A stretch of DNA of 63,553 bases, counting the filler, from Octopus bimaculoides (lineage: Eukaryota): NCBI RefSeq assembly GCF_001194135.2. It is 7 parts of 6 records of this genome, joined end to end, with 100 filler letters (N's around TTAATTAATTAA, not from the genome) between each part and the next. Parts side by side here need not be neighbours in the genome. Positions count along the whole stretch, not along the records: positions 21,728 to 31,656 come from NC_068987.1; positions 31,757 to 47,572 come from NC_068985.1; 5 more parts are not named here. One strand, 5' to 3'. Both the position numbers and the translations under genes were made by a program. The notes beneath the pieces were generated by a model. It had not been told where the DNA came from and did not search any database. It worked only from the letters and a program-made list of their open reading frames with translations. Below are positions 26,180 through 37,484 of this stretch, in pieces; within the stretch, counting starts at the first letter, position 1; every line of letters begins with the position of its first letter.

Positions 26180-26734
26180 GAGTGAGAGAGCAGTGCATGC
26201 CAACAAAGTGACACTGGGGTAAAATATACGAAGCCCAACATTCCCATCATGACTACCCGTCTGATAAGGGTACACCAGGCACATGCATCACAACCATATG
26301 TGTGCGACATGGTGATCTCATATCAAGATAAACAGCGCATGACCTTGCAGGCGGGGCCCAGTTAGAATTTTCTTCAGGTCGAGTAGCCCATCCCACTCAA
26401 AAGGTCCCTGAATAAGGTTTGTTTAAGGATGTTGAGCAAAACACCCATGTTTATAAAAAGGTGAATTATTCAAACCCCAAAGAATTCCTCTCAACACATG
26501 GTTATGATGCTCCCACACTACTTCTGCTCATGATCAGAGATGTACATATCGTCAGCCACCAAGAGACATGCCCAACTGGTTAAGGTCAAACAACTGACAA
26601 GCAAATCTGTGGTATTCAGCAGAATATTTGCTGTAGCCCATCTTTTATACCAAGACAAAACAATGTACATGATAATACTTCCAATCAGTTAAGATCAGAA
26701 GCCAAGAGAGCCACTGCCTGGTACTGCATCCGGG

Positions 26735-26735
<1 letters not shown>
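26180..26735 (-). mobile_element. About 556-bp non-coding element flanked on both sides by (TAA)n (family E)
   Basis: (ATT)n at 26161-26179 and 26736-26809. A second partial copy in the opposite orientation at 46496-46633 has the same ...ctcactc(aat)n end. Confidence 0.7.
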
Positions 26736-26809
<74 letters not shown>

Positions 26810-27052
26810 CAAATCATTGCAGAAAATCCTATTATGTTTTTATCATTAGATATTAATAGGTTTTGTATTAAAAATAAATTGTTAAAATATTCCCCTCAGA
26901 TTCACTCACTTGTTGCAGCGGTCCTTCAGTTTTTCTAAGCCCTCTAAAAAACTCGGAAGGTTGGGCCTCCAACCAAGCTTTTCGGAATACACATAAAGCC
27001 AGCAACTTCTCTACGAACTCTTGTGTATGTGTGTATATGCATATATATGCGC

Positions 27053-27460
27053 AGGAGTGGCTGTGTGGTAAGTAGCTTGCTTACCAACCCCATGGTTCCG
27101 GGTTCAGTCTCATTGCGTGGCACTTTGGGCAAGTGTCTTCTACTATATGCTCGGGCCTTGTGAGTGGATTTGGTAGACGGAGACTAAAAGAAGCCCGTTG
27201 TATATGTATATGTATATGTATATATATATGTGTGTGTATATGTTTGTGTGTCTGTGTTTGTCCCGCCTAAACATCACCTGACAACCGATGCTGGTGTGTT
27301 TATGTCCCGTAACTTAGCGATTCGGCAAAAGAGACCGATAGAATAAGTGCTAGGCTTACAAAGAATAAGTCTTGGGATCGATTTGCTCGTCTAAAGGCGG
27401 TGCTCCAGCATGGCCGCAGTCAAATGACTGAAACAAGTAAGAGAGAGTAAAAGAGAGTGT
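27053..27460 (+). mobile_element. Complete SINE family B (tRNA head, CORE-like ccttgggcaagt segment, internal (AT)/(GT) microsatellite)
   Basis: A-box TGGCTGTGTGG, B-box GGTTCAGTC, and at least 10 related pieces in the window. Confidence 0.88.
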
Positions 27461-27965
27461 GAATCTTACAGATTCGTTAGATTGTCTGAGAAAATGCTTA
27501 TGAATTTATATACGCACACATTTAAATGCGTATACATTCATGTATACAAACGCACTATTTAATGTTCTTAATTATATTTTTTTATATTTATTCTTGAAAG
27601 TCTGGAAGTCAAACATTTTGAAATGGTTAGCGCATGCGTAGAAGTGCAACTGTTGAAGTTAATGAAGGTGATTGGCTTAAAAATGTATTCTGGCTGAAAG
27701 CATCAGATTTGACACTGAGGAATGTCTGGAATCAGTTCTAGGTGCAAACGGAGCAATTAAATGGGAGACGGAGAGGGAAAATGGAGCAAGTGGGATTTGG
27801 AGGGGAAATAGAGAGAGAGGGGGAGAGGGGAATTGAAAGAGAGAGAGAGAGAAACTACGACAGATAAGAGGGGAGAAAGGAAGAGTGACAATTAAGCATG
27901 TGTGTGTGTGTGAGTGAGTGAGTAAGTGAGTGTATATGTGCATATGTATGTTATGTTATGTATTT

Positions 27966-28228
27966 ATGTATGTATGTATGTATGTATGTATGCCCAGAGG
28001 TGGACGGGAGAGTTAGATAGGCATACAGACAGACAGACAGACAGACAGAAGAAGAAGAAGAAGAAGAAGAAGAAGAAGAAGAAGAAGAAGAAGATGAAGA
28101 AGAAGAAGAAGAAGAAGAAGAAGAAGAAGAACGAACGAACGAACAAACGAACAAACGTACGAACGAACGAACGAACAAACGAACGAACGAACGAACGAAC
28201 GAACGAACGAACGAACGAACGAATGAAT
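27966..28228 (+). repeat. Compound microsatellite (TATG)n-(CAGA)n-(GAA)n-(ACGA)n
   Basis: Read directly from the sequence. Confidence 0.95.
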
Positions 28229-29202
28229 GAGTTTCTTTATTGGTTCATGTCCCAAAGGCAACATATGAAATGAGAAGATACCATAGGGCTTGAACCTCCA
28301 AACAGTAAATAGTGTGGATGAGTGGGTGCAATGGCTGGCTGGCTGGCTGGCTGGCTGGCTGTTGGGTGTTATAGGTTATACGAGAAATGGAGGGACACGA
28401 AAAGTTTAAAATGATATTAGAGAAAGTTAAAAAATGAAGGCATGAAGAGGGTAGACGGTATGCTAAAACAAAACAAAAAATAAAATGATGGAAGTCGAAC
28501 CGACATCCAAGCCTTCAAGATCCCAGAAGAGACGCTGTATAATTGAAAAAAGATACAAAGAACGACCAGGAATCAGTTAGAATCGGCAGCTGTGCGCAAA
28601 TAGTTAAGAATTGGGAGACGGGCAGGGGCGGGGTGAATAGCTGTGACAGGAGTGGAGAAGGGGTAAGGATGATGGAAGCTAGAATCAGATAATCCGTGGT
28701 TTGGCGAAGGATGAAGAACCTTTCCAAAATGGTAATAGCTTCTTCAGACATAGAGGTGTCAGACATATTAGCAGAGATTCCTGAGTGGGCGGTGTTTGGG
28801 AATGCTCGCGTTTATGCGTGAATGTATGTATGTATGTATGTATGTATGTATGTATGTATGTACGTATGTATGTATGTACGTATGTATGCATGTATGTGTA
28901 TGTATGCATGTATGCGTGTATATTTATCCATCTATCTCTCTATCTATTTATCTATATATATATGTATGTGTGTATATATATATGTATGCATATATATATA
29001 TATATATATATATATANNNNNNNNNNATATGTGTGTGTAGCAGAATGTATATATTCGTGTATGCATGTATTTACGTATTTATGTGTGTGTTTGTGTGTGT
29101 GTGTGTAAGTATATGTATAGATATATACATGCATACAAACATACATACATATATGTATATATGTATATATGTTTGTATATACATAATCAGACATAAATGC
29201 AC

Positions 29203-29258
<56 letters not shown>

Positions 29259-29327
29259 GTAAGAATATATACACATATATATAAGTAGATATACAGATTT
29301 ATGTAAGAATCAATATAAGTATACATA

Positions 29328-29362
<35 letters not shown>

Positions 29363-30251
29363 TTGTATGTATGTTATCTATGTAAGGATATTTGTAATGT
29401 GAGCGTACGGGTGAAGGTGTATACATGCATGTATGTGTAAGTGAACGGTTTGTAAATACATTTAAACACAGATTCTACACTACATTCTAGAATACTTTCA
29501 AATACACACACAAGCACACACACACACACACATGTTTTTTGTCTATATGCATTTCTATGCACAAAGGAGTGTCCTCCACCCACACCATCACCTCAACTCC
29601 CACCGCCACCACTTTCGCCATTACCATCACCATGTTTTCATTTTCTCCCATCATCAATCAATCAGTCAGTTCTTCACTTTCACCAATCCCCTCCCATCTC
29701 CCCCCTCCCCTCCCCCTTCTTTGTCTCTCAATACGTGACGTCAGCATTCCATCGACAAATGCTTCGACCACTAATACACACCAGATACATTACCACGCAA
29801 CCTCGGTCACATTACTAATATATGTATGTATATNNNNNNNNNNNNNNNNNNNNNNNNNNNNNNNNNNNNNNNNNNNNNNNNNNNNNNNNNNNNNNNNNNN
29901 NNNNNNNNNNNNNNNNNNNNNNNNNNNNNNNNNNNNNATATATATATATATATATATATACATACATGCACACACATGAATACAAACGTAAGTATATAAA
30001 GATGGAGACAGACAAAGAGAGAGATACACCCCCACACATGCACACGCACACACCCCACGCACACACAAACACACACACACACACGCAAGTACTAAAATAT
30101 ATGGAATTCATTACGTCTCTATCGGTATTTGTGTAATTCGAAAGAAGGAATTTTCACTGGAATATGTATATATATATACATGTTGTAGTATGCGTGTTTG
30201 TGTATGTGTGTGTGAGTGTGTATGTGTGTGTGAATGTGAGTGCACATATAT

Positions 30252-30302
<51 letters not shown>

Positions 30303-30428
30303 CTCGACAGGCTTCCACACAGTTTTCATCAGCGAAGAACCAAGCAACCTGAATACATTGCAGAAAGTATATAAAGTCTGAAGCAATTGGATAACACCTC
30401 AAAATACATAGATGCAAGAAATTCACAG

Positions 30429-30509
<81 letters not shown>

Positions 30510-30837
30510 AATACGAAGGTGTGCTCTGTTCTGACTTTGAGAAAACTGTTAACAGTATGAGTTGTCAAAATAACTATCAAGAAGACAGATCTTTTTTTTG
30601 TCTTTTATTTTCAAGAATTGGCATTGATTTTACGCTGCCATTGTTTGAAACGGACGACGCTTTTACGTGACAAAACTAGGATTAAAACTGTGTTGAAACA
30701 AACTTCAAGTCCATCTTGTTCGGGGCTTAGCACGTGATGACAACAGCACGGTAACTTAAATCCACTGACGAAAATCCACATCCGAAATATACACAGGTCA
30801 CTATGTATTGGTGCAAAAACATTCCCCAACACTCGAT

Positions 30838-30916
30838 ATGTAAAGTAAATTATATTTATTTTAATCTAACAAAAACACTTTTTGTTAGATTAAAATAAAT
30901 ATAATTTACTTTACAT
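30838..30916. repeat. Perfect inverted repeat with 38-bp arms and a 3-nt loop
   Basis: atgtaaagtaaattatatttattttaatctaacaaaaa-cac-tttttgttagattaaaataaatataatttactttacat. Confidence 0.97.
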
Positions 30917-31284
30917 GTAACAAAGTTACAGAGGAATTTTCCTGCATTGTTGACGTCTACTTCAACATATATTTTATAAATACATACTTTCTTAGTACAC
31001 GCATAGCGCCGTCTGGAGGGCTGTTAATACAAAGGGAAGTAGCTATCTCCTCACTATATGAAGTAGGATTAGAAATTTGAATTTGAAATCAAGGAGCATA
31101 AAAGATACGAAGAGTTCACACACAGACACACACACACATGTATATATATATATATATATACATATAGGCACATGCGTGTCTGTGTGTTAAGATGTTTGCT
31201 TCCCAACCACGTGGTTCTGTGTTTAGTTCCACTTCTTAGCACCTTGGGCAAGTGTCTTTTATCATAGCCTCGGGCTATGATCCT

Positions 31285-31656
31285 TGTGAATGCTGTAGTT
31301 TGCTGTGGTGCTCTTATGTTTACTGTATTGAAAGTGTTTTGCGTAGGATGTGTGCAGTGCCCAGTAGTGCAATTTTCTGTATGTTATATATATTTGTAAG
31401 TCCTGATGTTTTTGTTATGTATTTGTCTGAATATTTTTTTATTATATCTAAGGCACGTACTATGATAGGAATTGTTTCTGTTTTTAGATTCCACATTCGA
31501 GTTACCTCTATTTCCAGGTCTTTGTATTTTGAAAGTTTTTCCATTTCTTTTAGGGAAACGTTGTCATCTGCTGATATTGATACATCAATTAGAAAGCATT
31601 TTTTTTCTTCATGATCTTTGACAACTATATCTGGTTTATTTGCCTTAATTTCTCTA
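31285..31656 (-). mobile_element. R4/Dong-like C-terminal fragment abutting a SINE B head (about 31170-31280)
   Basis: LIDVSISAD.NVSLKEMEKLSKYKDLEIEVTRMWNLKTETIPIIV.AL...QKIALLGTAHILRKTLSIQ*. Same subfamily as 45916-46170. Confidence 0.92.
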
Positions 31657-31756
31657 NNNNNNNNNNNNNNNNNNNNNNNNNNNNNNNNNNNNNNNNNNNN
31701 TTAATTAATTAANNNNNNNNNNNNNNNNNNNNNNNNNNNNNNNNNNNNNNNNNNNN
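31657..31756. other. Artificial scaffold linker
   Basis: N44-TTAATTAATTAA-N44. Confidence 0.95.
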
Positions 31757-32045
31757 AGAAGCCCATCGTATATATATATATATATATATAATAGCGATTT
31801 CGATCTAACTGTATATGTGTGTGTGTGCTTGTGTGTCTGTGTTTGTCCCCCCACCATCGCTTGACAACCGATGCTGGTGTGTTTACGTCCCCGTAGCTTA
31901 GCGGTTCGGCAAAAGGAGACCGATAGAATAAGTACTAGGCTTACAATGAATAAGTCCTGGGGTCGATTATCTCGACTAAAGGCAGTGCTCCAGCATGGCC
32001 GCAGTCAAAAGACTGAAACAAGTAAAAGAGTAAAAGAATAAAGAG
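31757..32045 (+). mobile_element. SINE family B 3' two-thirds
   Basis: agaagcccatcgtatata...gactgaaacaagtaaaagag. Confidence 0.88.
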
Positions 32046-32743
32046 TAACCCCTGACATAGTCGGTAAAAATGGGGATGATCATGGCTGGTATCTTTTTGA
32101 TCACAAGTCGGCTTGATCTGGACTGACCTGGAGCTAAGCAATATCAACCTATCACGGACCCTGTAATTGATTGCTCGAAATAGCAGCTAAATTTCACTCA
32201 AATAACAAGATACTGCTCTACTTCCAATAATAGGACTTATTAGATAAAGTAGTCCTAGGTACACTGGTGCTACGAAACTTAAGCTAACAGGCTCATTAAT
32301 AACGAATCCAATCTGTCAAATTGCTGCTATAAAACATTAATTAACAGATTAAATAGCAAATGCAATCAGGTGTGTTACCACTACGAAACATACTTAATAG
32401 ATTAATTAATAATTTATCCAGTTAATTGTATTATTGCTATGAAATATTAGGCTAGACGGGACATCACGTTGTAAAGAATGAATACTTGTAATTTGACATG
32501 TTAATCAAATAACCAATTATCTTTAAAGATCATGATCTGATTTGATTTCAAAATATGCTTAAAGTTACCTTTGACAACATAAAATTGTTAAAGGACAACA
32601 AACAGCAACAACATTGTCAATACGACAACAATAACAGCAACAACAAGAGATGAAGTAACTTGTACGCAATCGTTTGACCTGCAAGTAACAGTAAGCTAAT
32701 TTCTATATATATTTGCAGATCGAACAAATATAACGTTAGTGTT

Positions 32744-33457
32744 GGAGGCGCAATGGCCCAGTGGTTAGGGCAGCGAACTCGCGGTCATAGGATCGCGGTT
32801 TCGATTCCCAGACCAGGCGTTGTGAGTGTTTATTGAGCGAAAACACCTAAAGCTCCTCGAGGCTGTACTCTTCCACCACAACTTTCTCTCACTCTTACTT
32901 CCTGTTTCTGTTCTGCCTGTAATTCAAAGGGTCAGCCTTGTCACACTGTGTCACGCTGAATATCCCCGAGAAATATGTTATGAGTACACGTGTCTGTGGA
33001 GTGCTCAGCCACTTGCACGTTAATTTCACGAGCAGGCTGTTCCGTTGATCGGATCAACTGGAACCCTCGTCGTCGTAAGCGACGGAGTGCCAACANNNNN
33101 NNNNNGGAGGCGCAATGGCCCAGTGGTTAGGGCAGCGAACTCGCGGTCATAGGATCGCGGTTTCGATTCCCAGACCAGGCGTTGTGAGTGTTTATTGAGC
33201 GAAAACACCTAAAGCTCCTCGAGGCTGTACTCTTCCACCACAACTTTCTCTCACTCTTACTTCCTGTTTCTGTTCTGCCTGTAATTCAAAGGGTCAGCCT
33301 TGTCACACTGTGTCACGCTGAATATCCCCGAGAAATATGTTATGAGTACACGTGTCTGTGGAGTGCTCAGCCACTTGCACGTTAATTTCACGAGCAGGCT
33401 GTTCCGTTGATCGGATCAACTGGAACCCTCGTCGTCGTAAGCGACGGAGTGCCAACA
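32744..33457 (+). mobile_element. SINE family A present twice across a 10-N gap
   Basis: Copies at 32744-33095 and 33106-33457 share the same internal deletion relative to 41617. One TSD (aacgtta[g/t]tgtt) flanks the pair. Confidence 0.9.
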
Positions 33458-33819
33458 AACGTTATTGTTAATTCAGAAGCTTGTATACATTGTATATATT
33501 GTTTTTGAATAACAAATATCTATGTGTTCCCTAGCAGCCGAAACTCCTTCAGATTACACTCTACTGTCTTAAAGAAGAAAAAGAACACATTTCTTTAAAA
33601 TAACTCCAAAGGTAAAAAAAAAAAAGAAAACATGAACAATTGCATGTAAAGTAGAAAGTGATTTTGGAGCCATTTTGTAATTCAATGGTCGTGCTTTATC
33701 TTGGCTGTTGAATATTACTACTACTATGATCCACTAATTTCATCCTCATCCTAAAGGATGAGGATGAAGTTAGTGGATCATAGTTTGTTTCGAGTTTTCT
33801 CAACTCGGAAAATATTTTT

Positions 33820-34247
33820 TTTCTACTCTAGGCACAAGGCTCGAAATTTTGGGGGAGGAGCCAGTCGATTAGATCGACCTCCAGTACGCAACTGGTATTT
33901 AATTTATCGATCCCGAAACGATGAAAATCAAAGTCAACCTCGGCGGAATTTGAACTCAGAACATAAAGACAAACGAAATATCGCTTGGCATTTCGCCCGG
34001 CTTGTTAACGTTTCTTATTTCTTTATTTCCCACAAGGGGCTAAACATAGAGGAGACAAACAAAGACAGACAATGGGAATAAGTCGATTATATCGACCCCA
34101 GTAAGTAACTGTATTTAATTTATCGACCCCGAAAGGATGAAAAGCAAAGTCGACCTGGGCGGAATTTGAACTCAGAACGTAACGGCAGACGAAATACCGC
34201 TAATCTTTTCGCCCGGCGTGCTAACGTTTCTGCCAACTCACCGCCTT
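33820..34247 (-). mobile_element. Nested or dimeric SINE family C with a 17-bp TSD
   Basis: tcaactcggaaaatatt occurs on both sides (about 33800 and 34247). The inner copy has a different tail. Confidence 0.8.
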
Positions 34248-34793
34248 CAACTCGGAAAATATTGACAAACGGCTGAGGTAAATATTAAATAAATGCTGAC
34301 TTTGCAGTTCTCACGTCACGCATCATATTCTTCTTTTAGCGCTCGGGTTCAAATCCTACCGAAGTCGACTTCATTGGGTCCCCCCCCCTCCCCACGTTTT
34401 AGATNNNNNNNNNNAAAGCAAAGTCGACCTGGGCGGAATTTGAACTCAGAACGTAACGGCAGACGAAATACCGCTAATCTTTTCGCCCGGCGTGCTAACG
34501 TTTCTGCCAACTCACCGCCTTCAACTCGGAAAATATTGACAAACGGCTGAGGTAAATATTAAATAAATGCTGACTTTGCAGTTCTCACGTCACGCATCAT
34601 ATTCTTCTTTTAGCGCTCGGGTTCAAATCCTACCGAAGTCGACTTCATTGGGTCCCCCCCCCTCCCCACGTTTTAGATGCTAAGCACATTTGCAAGAGTG
34701 TCAGGGAGAGTTGCCTCGTGGTAGTTGTTCCGAATTTTTGGGGCTTTCTCAGTTTTTGGTTAGTGGCGTTAGTCTATCTCCCGGTTAAGGTAC

Positions 34794-34894
34794 TTAAGGT
34801 GCCTTTACCGGAGTTCCCTTTTTTGTAATCATTCCAGCTAGGGCTGATCTCTGGTCTGAGGATAACTTCATTCCACATAACTTCCTCAGGGGCT
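34794..34894 (-). CDS. Putative terminal exon 5 of the EMI-like secreted protein gene (tentative)
   Basis: Acceptor ctcctttattttttAG. Phase 1 gives (E)PLRKLCGMKLSSDQRSALAGMITKKGTPVKAP*. The preceding intron is only 51 nt. Confidence 0.4.
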
Positions 34895-34945
34895 CTAAAA
34901 AATAAAGGAGTTGACTAAACGAATTGACTAAACGAATTCTCTTAC

Positions 34946-35025
34946 CTTCACATCCAATTTCTACGGTTCCATTCCATCCTCGACAGCACCGATAACAAGT
35001 GTCCATTTGGTACTTGTATGCGACT
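34946..35025 (-). CDS. Exon 4 of the EMI-like secreted protein gene
   Basis: Acceptor atttattcaacAG, donor GTAAGA, 80 bp, phase 2 to 1: (R)VAYKYQMDTCYRCCRGWNGTVEIGCE. Confidence 0.85.
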
Positions 35026-35171
35026 CTGTTGAATAAATCACATAAGCAATAAATAGTAGAAACATTCGCTATTACATTGCATATTGGGATGTCGTGCTCT
35101 CTCATTATCTCTCTCTGTCTTTTTCTCTCACTCTCTCTCTCTCTCTCTCTATCGCTCTCTCTCCTTCTACT

Positions 35172-35219
<48 letters not shown>

Positions 35220-36389
35220 CACACACAGACGTGTGTGTGTGCGTGCGTGCGTGCGTGCGTGTATGTGTGTGTGTGTGTGTGAATGAAAATAAAAATAAAA
35301 AATATAAAAAAGGGTTTTGTATGATCGTGTATAGAGGAATATATTATTTAAAAGAGTTCCAGCTCTGTCTGTTTTTTATGTTTTATTTATATTCTTATAA
35401 AATTAATGTGGGACATAGAATATGGAATATATAATATAAATAGTAAAATGAAATGAAGTATTGAATGTCTTATTGAATATATGAAATATTGAGTATTAAA
35501 TATATAAGGACTAGTATACTTTCCTGCCTCNNNNNNNNNNNNNNNNNNNNNNNNNNNNNNNNNNNNNNNNNNNNNNNNNNNNNNNNNNNNNNNNNNNNNN
35601 NNNNNNNNNNNNNNNNNNNNNNNNNNNNNNNNNNNNNNNNNNNNNNNNNNNNNNNNNNNNNNNNTATATATATGTCTGATGAGTCCTCATTACACCTCAA
35701 GACCGGGCGTTTATTGAGCGAAAACACCTAAAGCTCCACGAGGCTCCGGCAGGAGATGGTGGCGAACCCTGCTGTACTCTTTCACCACAACCGGTTTCGA
35801 TGTATCTCATCTTATCAAATATCAGTAAAAAATTATAAAAAGTTGAAGTAAACACAATTCATCTTTTGTCTGGAGGTCAAGACATGCTGAGAAACATCGA
35901 AACTGGTAATATCTTCTTTATATAATTTTTTATTAAATTCCTTCTTAAATTGAAATATCTTAGACTTACTTCTGCGCTATTTCCACCTCCATCTTTTATA
36001 TATAAAAATATGATCTTCATAAATAGAATTTTGGATAATTTTTTATTAGCGCTTTCGTCAGTTCAATCAAACTCTTTCAAGGGTTTGATTACACGAACGA
36101 AAGCACTAATAAAGAATTATCCAAAATTCTGACAGCCTCCTTCTTCTTAATATACATACACACACACACACATACACACATACACACACACACATATATA
36201 TACATATTGTATATACATATAATACAAACATATGTGTATATACATACATACATACATACATACATACATACATACATACATGTATATAAACAATTTACCA
36301 TTAAAATGAAGAATTATTCAGTAACTTTTAGTCGAATACATGCTTGTTAAACTTTTACAAGGAAAAAGTTGACGATGGCTTCGAAACTT

Positions 36390-36890
36390 GAATGTATGAG
36401 ATGGGAGAGGCGATGAAAGATATAAAATATATATGGTGATTGGTAAATGATCGAAATGGGGTGTGAAAATTAAAAAGTGAAATTTATTGTGAGATGTGAT
36501 ATGTGAAATGTAATCTACAAAATGTAGTAGGCTGGAAGTGTGACATATGGAATCTGATAAATAAGATAAGGATGTGATGTTTGAAATGTGAAAAGCAAAA
36601 TGTAAAATGTGAGTTGTGAGATTTAAATTGTGAAATCTGACATATGAGATGTGAGTTGTGCTGTGTAAGTTTCGAGGAGTGAGCTTTGAATTTGTGAACG
36701 GAGAAGTGAGATGCATGAGATATGAACGTGAAAACTGAGCTTTTGAAATGTACAAAGTGAAACATGTGATGAAATGGGTGACGTCTGTGATATGAGATGA
36801 AAGATTTGAGATATAATATGTGTGATGCAAACTGAGAAATTTCAGGGTTAAGATGAAAAATCTGATGTAAAATCTGAAAGATATAAGTAT
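36390..36890 (+). repeat. Degenerate strand-asymmetric tgtgaaa/tgagat low-complexity tract
   Basis: Recurrent tgtga/tgaaat/gagat words and strong C depletion on the + strand. Confidence 0.6.
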
Positions 36891-36919
36891 AGGTTCTTAT
36901 ATAAAACTATTCTACTTAC

Positions 36920-37021
36920 CTGTAACGTTTACATCGTCTCCATCCCCACCAGCCACACTTTACGTGGTAAGACTCCCGCACTGAATATTGTTTCTGACAC
37001 TGGTATGGACATCTTCCGTCA
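36920..37021 (-). CDS. Exon 3 of the EMI-like secreted protein gene
   Basis: Long AG-free stretch before acceptor gtgtacAG, donor GTAAGT, 102 bp, phase 2-2: (S)DGRCPYQCQKQYSVRESYHVKCGWWGWRRCKRY(R). Confidence 0.87.
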
Positions 37022-37390
37022 CTGTACACCAACGTAAATATGCAACCAGATGGACAGGAAACATGTGGGTACAAATATCAAATGTATATAAAAGGTAAGG
37101 AATAAATATATATGAGAAGCAGGTATTAAAATGCATGAAATTGGCTGATAACAAATAAATTATCAGTAAGGAACGCTTAGATACAAAGAAAGTACAAGTG
37201 TGGGACTAGTTAATACAATTAAGTTTTAATTAAGGTATACTGTTGTGTAAACAAAGTTGATAAGATATATTTTTTCACTTATTTGTTTTATTAAATTGTT
37301 TTCTAGAAACATGTGGTAAATATACATGCTTCTCCTATTAATATCTCCTAATTTTTACTCTTAGACAGCAAAGATGGTTTATTAAAGTAC

Positions 37391-37432
37391 CTGAGAGAAC
37401 GCTTCGGGGTATATACCGTATTTTCTTTCAAG
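37391..37432 (-). CDS. Exon 2 (pro-region) of the EMI-like secreted protein gene
   Basis: Acceptor tttgattAG, donor CAG|GTACTT, 42 bp, phase 2-2: (F)LKENTVYTPKRSL(S). Confidence 0.6.
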
Positions 37433-37484
37433 CTAATCAAATTTCTCAGATCAAAAGTTATAGAAAGAAGTAGGTTGACTTATA

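Noticed and set aside
28515-28766. 83-aa minus-strand ORF; also the 179-aa ORF at 16741-17280
   Set aside because: Both come from purine-rich, strand-biased low-complexity DNA (the latter includes (GA)n and a MITE end). No domain is recognisable.
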